Shown piece by piece: positions 6,833-16,745 of a stretch of 16,745 bases of DNA. The stretch's first letter is position 1; every line of letters begins with the position of its first letter. The stretch lies in NCBI GenBank assembly GCA_031362565.1, contig JANLSU010000059.1:1-16745 (forward strand), read 5' to 3'. The notes beneath the pieces were generated by a model that did no database searches, was not told the origin of the DNA, and saw nothing but the letters and a program-made list of their open reading frames with translations. The position numbers were made by a program, and so were the translations under genes. Origin of the DNA: a bacterium. GTDB taxonomy: Bacteria > Krumholzibacteriota > Krumholzibacteriia > G020349025.

Positions 6833-7208
6833 AGTCCGGCTTCCACTGCGGCTCACATGGATTCAACTCGCCGCCTGCGCGTTGACCGCGTACCCCGCAT
6901 TCCGGTTCGGCGGCCTCGAGGGCCTGCAGAGCATGTTGCTGGGCGCGGCTTTGAGTTGGTTGACGATCGTCGCGAGCTATTTCGCCTTGAGTCTGGCTTT
7001 CCGGAACACGCAGCAGTTCGCGGTCGTCGTCGTGCTCGGCGGGTTCTTGGTGCGGCTCGCGGCGTTGTTCGGACTGTTGCGATTGATCTCGAAAACGATG
7101 CCGATCGATCTCGAGCATCTCGTCTTGTGGACGGTGGGTTTCTATCTGGTGCTCGTGACCGCCGAAGCCTACACCCTGGCCGCCGAAACGCGCCAACCGG
7201 AGGCGTAG
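6795..7208 (+). CDS. atpI: ATP synthase protein I-like 4-TM membrane protein
   Basis: Four hydrophobic segments, 'GGFLVRLAAL' motif, located between atpZ and atpB. Start uncertain: TTG6795 has GGAG at 6785-6788 but overlaps atpZ by 38 nt. Confidence 0.7.
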   Translation: MRSTSCTEKSGSRVRLPLRLTWIQLAACALTAYPAFRFGGLEGLQSMLLGAALSWLTIVASYFALSLAFRNTQQFAVVVVLGGFLVRLAALFGLLRLISKTMPIDLEHLVLWTVGFYLVLVTAEAYTLAAETRQPEA

Positions 7209-7211
7209 CCG

Positions 7212-8220
<1,009 letters not shown>

Positions 8221-8227
8221 GGAGACG

Positions 8228-8941
8228 ATGCGGGAGGAACCGGCATTGCACGCACCGATCGCACCGGATCCGTCCGCGCCCCCGGCGCGCGGCGCGATGC
8301 GGCGGCTGGGACGCGGCGGGGCTGGCCGCTACGCCGGCGCCGTCATGGCGTGGCTGGCGCTCACCGGGCTCGCGACCGGAGTCGCGTTCGCACAAGCGGA
8401 GACGGCGCCTCCCGAGGCCGCCGCCGAGCACCCCAGCATCATGCAGGTCGAGCCCGGTCTGATGATCTGGACCATCGTGACGTTCGTCCTGTTGCTCGTG
8501 CTCCTGCGGTTTACCGCTTGGGGCCCGCTGCAGAAGTCGCTCGATGCACGCGAGAAGCGCATCCGTGATGCCGTCGAAGGGGCGGAGCGGGCGCGGCGCG
8601 ACAGCGAGGAATTGCTGCAACGCCACCATAAGATGATCGACGACGCGAAGCATGACGCGGCGAAGATCATCGAAGAGGGCAAGGCGGACGGCCTGCGGCT
8701 CAAGCACGAGCTGAATCACCAGGCGCGCACCGAGGCTGAAGAGATGAAGGCGCGGGTGCGGCGGGAACTCGAACTGGCGACCGACCAGGCCAAGAAAGAG
8801 CTCTGGGAACACGCCACGCAGATCTCGACGGAACTCGCGGAACGCATCTTGGAGCGCAGTCTGAACAGCGCCGACGAGGGGCGCTTGATCGCTCAGGTGG
8901 TCAAGGAATACCGCAGCGTCGGAGCGAAGACCGCCAACTGA
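8228..8941 (+). CDS. atpF: F0F1 ATP synthase subunit b with N-terminal extension
   Basis: '[26 protein letters not shown]...LDAREKRI' followed by a coiled coil; start could be 8228, 8297 or 8345. Confidence 0.93.
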   Translation: MREEPALHAPIAPDPSAPPARGAMRRLGRGGAGRYAGAVMAWLALTGLATGVAFAQAETAPPEAAAEHPSIMQVEPGLMIWTIVTFVLLLVLLRFTAWGPLQKSLDAREKRIRDAVEGAERARRDSEELLQRHHKMIDDAKHDAAKIIEEGKADGLRLKHELNHQARTEAEEMKARVRRELELATDQAKKELWEHATQISTELAERILERSLNSADEGRLIAQVVKEYRSVGAKTAN

Positions 8942-8986
8942 TTTGCCAGGCGCGGATTGCCGCCACGGACGCTTTGGGAGGACGGA

Positions 8987-9528
8987 ATGCAGTACGAGCC
9001 GGTTGCTCGAGTCTACGCCCAGGCGTTGCTGGACGTTGGGCGCGAGCAACAGCGAATCGATGCGCTCGGGGAAGCCCTCGAGTCCGTCGCGGCGGCGGCG
9101 CGTACGGATTCGCTGGTGAAGACCTTTCTCGAAACGCCGGCGCTCGACGCCAAGGCGAAGAAGCAGGCGCTCACCAGCTTGCGCGGCACGCTCGACGGCA
9201 TGGTGGTCAATTTCCTCTGCCTGCTGGTCGACAAGGGCCGCATCGCCCAGTTGGATTCGATTGCGCGTGCGTATCGCGACCTCGCGGACGAAGCCGGCGG
9301 CCGGACGCGCGTCCGGGCCACGACGGCCCGGCCGATCGATGCCGCGACGCAGCAGCAGGTGGAGGGCGCCGTGCGCGACGTTCTCGGCGGCCAAGTGGTT
9401 CTCGAAACCGAAGTCCGTGCCGATTTGCTCGGCGGGCTGGTTCTTCAAGTCGGAGACAAGATCTACGACGGATCCGTGCGCGGCCGGCTCGGCCGCATGC
9501 ACACCGCGATGACGAGGAGCAGTGGCTT

Positions 9529-9532
<4 letters not shown>
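8987..9532 (+). CDS. atpH: F1 ATP synthase subunit delta
   Basis: '[10 protein letters not shown]', '[12 protein letters not shown]', '[22 protein letters not shown]'; GGAGG SD before ATG8987; stop overlaps the atpA start (ATGA). Confidence 0.95.
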
Positions 9533-11061
<1,529 letters not shown>

Positions 11062-11101
11062 AACGCCCGGCGGGGCGTTGCCCCACGAAGGAGACCGTGA
11101 C

Positions 11102-11980
11102 GTGGCCAAAGCCAAAGCGATCGTCAATCGTCGCAAGTCGGTGATCAACACTCGCAAGATCACCAAGACGATGGAACTCGTGTCGACGGCCAAGTACAAG
11201 CAGTCGTTCAATCGCGTCGCGAGCGCCATGCCGTACCGGCAGGTCTTGCAGGACGTCATGCGCGATTTGGCGGCCGCCGGCGGCAGCGTCGAGCATCCGT
11301 TGCTGGCGCGGCGCGAGCCGGTCAAGCACGCGACGGTGTTGCTCCTGACCTCGAACCGCGGCCTGGCGGGCGGTTTCAACTCGAACCTGATCCGCATGGC
11401 GCGGAACTATGTCGAGGACTCTCGCACGAAGGGTGCCGAGATCGCCCTGCACGTCGTTGGCAAGAAGGGCCTCACGGCGCTCCGCCATACCGGCCAAAAG
11501 CTGGCGGGCGAGCATGCCCAGTTCGGCGACCGGCCCGAGTACGCCGACGTCGAGAAGCTGGCCAACGAACTTCTGGAAGCGTATTCGACCGCCAAAACCG
11601 ATCAGGTGGCGATCGTCTACCAGCAGTACCTGTCGGCGGCGGTGCAAAGGCCGCACGTGCAGGTGCTCTTGCCGCTCGACGCCGGCGTGACGGCGGCGGG
11701 TGACACGGCCAAGAAGAAGCAGACCGAGTATTTGTATTCGCCGGATGCCCAAACGATTCTGGCGTCGCTTCTGCCGGCGTACTTTCGCACCGCGCTCTAC
11801 CATGCTTTCCTCGAGAACGCGGTGGGCGAGCAGCGGGCGCGCATGGTGGCCATGAAGAACGCCACCGACAGCGCGGAAACCATGATCACGACGCTCACCC
11901 GGGCCTACAACCGGGCGCGTCAGTCGCAGATCACGAACGAAATTGCCGAGCTCATGGGCGGCGTCGAAGCGCTCAAGTAG
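11102..11980 (+). CDS. atpG: F1 ATP synthase subunit gamma
   Basis: 'RKITKTMELVS', 'TSNRGLAGGFNSN', 'ARMVAMKNATDSA', 'YNRARQSQITNEIAE'; GTG11102 with AAGGAG SD at 11088-11093. Confidence 0.98.
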   Translation: MAKAKAIVNRRKSVINTRKITKTMELVSTAKYKQSFNRVASAMPYRQVLQDVMRDLAAAGGSVEHPLLARREPVKHATVLLLTSNRGLAGGFNSNLIRMARNYVEDSRTKGAEIALHVVGKKGLTALRHTGQKLAGEHAQFGDRPEYADVEKLANELLEAYSTAKTDQVAIVYQQYLSAAVQRPHVQVLLPLDAGVTAAGDTAKKKQTEYLYSPDAQTILASLLPAYFRTALYHAFLENAVGEQRARMVAMKNATDSAETMITTLTRAYNRARQSQITNEIAELMGGVEALK

Positions 11981-13432
<1,452 letters not shown>

Positions 13433-13459
13433 GAGGCTTCGACGGGGAGTAGAGCGACC

Positions 13460-13855
13460 ATGGCCGGTTCCTTGGATTTGCGCGTCGTAACACCCGAGAA
13501 GCCCGTGTTCGAGGGCCCGGTGGAGTTCGTCGTGGTGCCCGCCCATGACGGCGATGTCGGGATCCTGCCGCGCCACGCGCGGTTTTTAGCCAGCCTCGGC
13601 ATCGGCGAACTGCGGGCCCGCACCGCCGGGGGCACAGAACGCTTCTTCGTGGAAGGCGGCTTCGTCCAGGTGAGCGACAACCGCGTCACGGTGCTCTGTG
13701 ACCGCGCCGCGCGCCTCGAGGACCTGGATCCGGAAGCCGCCGCAGCGGCCGCTGCCGCCCCTGGGGCCGACGTGCCGGCCGCCGAACGCAGCCGCTTGCA
13801 GCGGCGCGCCACCGTCATGCGCCGGGTGCTTGCGCACCCAAAGCCCGGGCACTGA
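13460..13855 (+). CDS. atpC: F1 ATP synthase subunit epsilon
   Basis: 'LRVVTPEK', 'GDVGILPRHA', 'FFVEGGFVQV..N.VTVL'; GGGGAG SD. Confidence 0.95.
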   Translation: MAGSLDLRVVTPEKPVFEGPVEFVVVPAHDGDVGILPRHARFLASLGIGELRARTAGGTERFFVEGGFVQVSDNRVTVLCDRAARLEDLDPEAAAAAAAAPGADVPAAERSRLQRRATVMRRVLAHPKPGH

Positions 13856-13913
13856 TTTCCGCCTTAAATTTCACGCCCGCGCCGTGGGGTCGTCCCGCGG
13901 TGGCGCGGCATCG

Positions 13914-14006
13914 TATGCTCGTCTGGAACGCCGCACGGCCCGTTGGGCCGGAAGCGGCGTGGCTCGGCCTCGACGCAACGTCCCTCCTCTTACCGAACGA
14001 GGTCCG
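13914..14006 (+). promoter_or_regulatory. Possible -10 element and structured leader of the AAA+ gene
   Basis: TATGCT (13914-13919) followed by a 13-bp hairpin (13928-13960) and a second helix covering the GAGG RBS; no convincing -35. Confidence 0.4.
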
Positions 14007-15500
14007 ATGGATCGGCTGCAGATTCGAACCCTAGGAGCGCTGCGCGCCGCCGGGGTGCGCACCGAGCCCGTACGTGACGAAGTCCGGCGCAATTTGCTGG
14101 CGGCGCTTCGCGCCCGGCGGCCGGTCTTCGACGGGATCGTCGGGTACGAGAACACCGTCCAGCCGCAGATCGAGAATGCGCTGCTCGCGCGCCACGATTT
14201 CATTCTGCTCGGGCTGCGCGGCCAGGCCAAGACACGCATTCTGCGGCAGCTCGTGCGGCTCCTCGATGAACACGTGCCGGTGGTCGAGGGTTGCGACATC
14301 AACGACGACCCGTATGCGCCGATCTGCAGGCGCTGCAAACGCCTCGGCGCCGAACAGGGCGACGAGTTGCCGGTGCGTTGGCTGCACCGTGACGAGCGCT
14401 ACCACGAGAAACTTGCCACCCCCGACGTCACGATCGCCGACCTGATCGGTGACGTGGACCCGATCAAGGCGGCTCGCGAGCGCTTGTCGTTCGGAGACGA
14501 GGAAGCGCTGCACTTCGGCATCGTGCCACGCACCCACCGCGGCATTTTCGCGCTCAACGAACTGCCCGACTTGCAGCCCCGAATCCAAGTCGGCCTGTTG
14601 AACATCATGGAGGAGCGCGACTTCCAAATTCGCGGCTTGCCGATCCGCCTGCCGATCGACGTCCTCATGGTGTTTTCGGCCAATCCCGAGGACTACACGA
14701 ATCGCGGCAACATCATCACGCCGCTCAAAGACCGCATCGCGTCGCAGATCCTGACCCACTACCCGGCGAGCGTCGATGTCGCGCGGACGATCACCGATCA
14801 GGAAGCCTGGGTGGATCGCGGCACCGAATTCCGGATGCCCCCCTGGTACCGCGACATCGTCGAGCGCATCGCATTCGTGGCGCGGACCAGTGAGTTCGTG
14901 GATCAGAAGTCCGGCGTGTCGGCGCGGTTGTCGATTGCGGCGTACGAGAATCTGGTGTCGAACCTCGAACGCCGTGCCCAACAGAACGGATCCGAGCCGG
15001 CCATGCCGCGCATGCTCGACTTGCAGGCCCTGGTGCCGGCGGTGAGCGGCAAGATCGAACTCGTCTACGAAGGGGAGCAGCAAGGCCCCGACGCGGTGGC
15101 ACGCCACATCATCGGCCAAGCCGTGAAGGCGGCATTTCTCGCCCGTTTCCCGAAGACGACCCGCGAGGCCAAGAAGCGCCGTAGCGTCGAGGCCGAGGAA
15201 CCGGAGCGGTCGGATGTGTACGACCGCATTACCGCCTGGTTCTCGGGTGGGCATCGGGTCGAGATCTCCGACATGATGCCGGACCGCGACTATGCGGCGG
15301 CCCTCGAGGCCGTCACCGGACTCGAGGCGGTGGCAGAGCGTTACTTGCCGGTGGAAGACCGCCGCGAATTGCCGCTGGTCATGGAATTCGTGCTCGAAGG
15401 CCTCTATCAGAGCTCGTTCGTCGCCAAGGAATGCGTCGACCGGTCGACGTTCTACAGCGACATGCTGATGCGCATGTTCCAGGGCATGGACGAGGCCTGA
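14007..15500 (+). CDS. ChlI/Mg-chelatase-like (MoxR-related) AAA+ ATPase
   Basis: Walker A 'GLRGQAKT', 'EKLATPDVTIADLIGDVDPIKA', Walker B variant 'IFALNELPDL', 'SANPEDYTNRGNIITPLKDR'; ATG14007 with GAGG upstream. Confidence 0.88.
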   Translation: MDRLQIRTLGALRAAGVRTEPVRDEVRRNLLAALRARRPVFDGIVGYENTVQPQIENALLARHDFILLGLRGQAKTRILRQLVRLLDEHVPVVEGCDINDDPYAPICRRCKRLGAEQGDELPVRWLHRDERYHEKLATPDVTIADLIGDVDPIKAARERLSFGDEEALHFGIVPRTHRGIFALNELPDLQPRIQVGLLNIMEERDFQIRGLPIRLPIDVLMVFSANPEDYTNRGNIITPLKDRIASQILTHYPASVDVARTITDQEAWVDRGTEFRMPPWYRDIVERIAFVARTSEFVDQKSGVSARLSIAAYENLVSNLERRAQQNGSEPAMPRMLDLQALVPAVSGKIELVYEGEQQGPDAVARHIIGQAVKAAFLARFPKTTREAKKRRSVEAEEPERSDVYDRITAWFSGGHRVEISDMMPDRDYAAALEAVTGLEAVAERYLPVEDRRELPLVMEFVLEGLYQSSFVAKECVDRSTFYSDMLMRMFQGMDEA

Positions 15501-15525
15501 TCTTAGGGGCCGTTGGGGGCGTGCG

Positions 15526-16611
15526 GTGCGGATTCAGTACTTCGAATGGGACGAGCGCCGGCTGGCGTCGTTGCGCGATACGGCGGGGCTGCGGCGTCTG
15601 TTCAACTATTTGGTCCTGCAGCAAGGCGGCGACGTCGAAGCGGCGCTCGAACTGCTGCGCGAAATGCAGGCCCGCGGTTACATCGGCGCCGAGGTCGATC
15701 TGGACGAATTCGAAGCCCAACTGCGTGACGACGAACTGGTGAGCGAGGTCGATGGGCATCTCGAACTCACCGCCGCCGGCGAGCGTGGATTGCGGCGCGA
15801 TTCCCTGGACGCCATTTTCGGCGGTATGCGCACCGGCCCAGCCGGAGAGCACGCGGTGCCGCGCGAGGGCATCGGGCGGGAACCGTTGCCCGAGACCCGG
15901 CCGTGGGAATTCGGCGACGACGTCCAGAGCATCGATTTCCGCCAGTCGATCGTCAACGCGGCGCGGCGCGGCGACGAGGATCTCCGCCTCGCCGAATCGG
16001 ATCTCGAAGTTCACGAAACCGAGCACGTGACCTCCTGCGCCACGGTGCTGCTCCTCGACATCAGCCACAGCATGGTGCTCTATGGGGAAGACCGGATCAC
16101 GCCCGCCAAGCGAGTGGCGCTGGCGCTCGTCGAACTCATTAGCACGAAATACCCCAAAGACTCACTCGACCTCGTGCTCTTCGGCGACGACGCCGAGCAC
16201 GTCGATTTGGGCGAACTGCCCTACGTCGGCGCCGGCCCGTATCACACCAATACCCGCGCCGGCCTGCAGATGGCGCGCCGCATCCTGATGCGCCGCAAGC
16301 ACGCCAACAAGCAAGTCTTCATGATCACCGACGGCAAGCCGAGCGCCATCCACGAGGACGGCGTCCTGTACCGCAACTCCTTCGGACTCGACCCGCGCAT
16401 CGTCAACCGCACCCTGGACGAAGCGGTCGTGCTGCGCCGCCATCACATCCCGATCACGACCTTCATGGTAGCGCGCGACCCGCATCTACAAAGCTTCGTG
16501 ACCCGCCTGACCGAACTCAACCACGGGCGCGCCTACTTCGCGTCCCCAAACCACCTCGAGCAGTATTTGCTGGTCGACTTCATTCGCAACCGCAAGCGAA
16601 CCGTGCGCTGA
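15526..16611 (+). CDS. von Willebrand factor A (vWA) domain protein, partner of the upstream AAA+ ATPase
   Basis: MIDAS motif DISHS, then T in 'HTNTRAGL' and D in 'MITDGKPS'; starts 25 nt downstream of the ATPase stop. Confidence 0.88.
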   Translation: MRIQYFEWDERRLASLRDTAGLRRLFNYLVLQQGGDVEAALELLREMQARGYIGAEVDLDEFEAQLRDDELVSEVDGHLELTAAGERGLRRDSLDAIFGGMRTGPAGEHAVPREGIGREPLPETRPWEFGDDVQSIDFRQSIVNAARRGDEDLRLAESDLEVHETEHVTSCATVLLLDISHSMVLYGEDRITPAKRVALALVELISTKYPKDSLDLVLFGDDAEHVDLGELPYVGAGPYHTNTRAGLQMARRILMRRKHANKQVFMITDGKPSAIHEDGVLYRNSFGLDPRIVNRTLDEAVVLRRHHIPITTFMVARDPHLQSFVTRLTELNHGRAYFASPNHLEQYLLVDFIRNRKRTVR

Positions 16612-16655
16612 ATTCTGCGGTGGGGCGGGGCGGGGTGGCGCGCGCATGCGGGTGG

Positions 16656-16745
16656 GCTCGCGGTCGTTCGCCGACATCCATGTCGGCTCTCTCCCTCGCT
16701 CGTCGCCTCTCGGCCCTCCAGGCCTTCGGCTCCTCGCGACTCGCC
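16656..16745. repeat. Possible REP/MITE-like palindromic element at the window end
   Basis: Perfect palindrome GCCGACAT-CC-ATGTCGGC (16670-16687) in a non-coding, pyrimidine-skewed tract; only one copy is visible here. Confidence 0.35.

Noticed and set aside
8974..9528. Apparent 185-aa N-terminal extension of AtpA in the ORF track
   Set aside because: It overlaps atpH in another frame and is Arg/Gly-rich; the real start ATG9529 has an SD and the ATGA overlap.
14007..15500. Literal annotation as magnesium chelatase or sigma54 activator
   Set aside because: No ChlH/CobN or tetrapyrrole genes in the window, and no GAFTGA loop or HTH; better described as an AAA+/vWA pair.

Overview
GC-rich bacterial chromosomal window, mostly core genes. 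In order: an RRE/PqqD-like + M50 metalloprotease + HlyD-adaptor fusion gene, a convergent HU gene with an intrinsic terminator, a GT-C-type membrane glycosyltransferase-like gene, spoVG, a rhomboid protease, a complete F1Fo ATP synthase operon (atpZ-like, atpI-like, atpB, E, F, H, A, G, D, C; predicted H+-coupled), and a ChlI/MoxR-like AAA+ ATPase with a vWA partner. I found no tRNA, rRNA, CRISPR array or transposase. The most unusual signals are non-coding. One is a ~165-nt imperfect inverted repeat (6469-6633) whose helices share nearly one register and whose 3' arm covers the RBS of the first atp gene. Another is a ~140-nt spoVG leader with competing anti-SD and hairpin/pseudoknot pairings. 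A smaller structured leader precedes the AAA+ gene. All protein calls come from motif recognition and all RNA pairings were derived by hand; no searches or folding programs were run.
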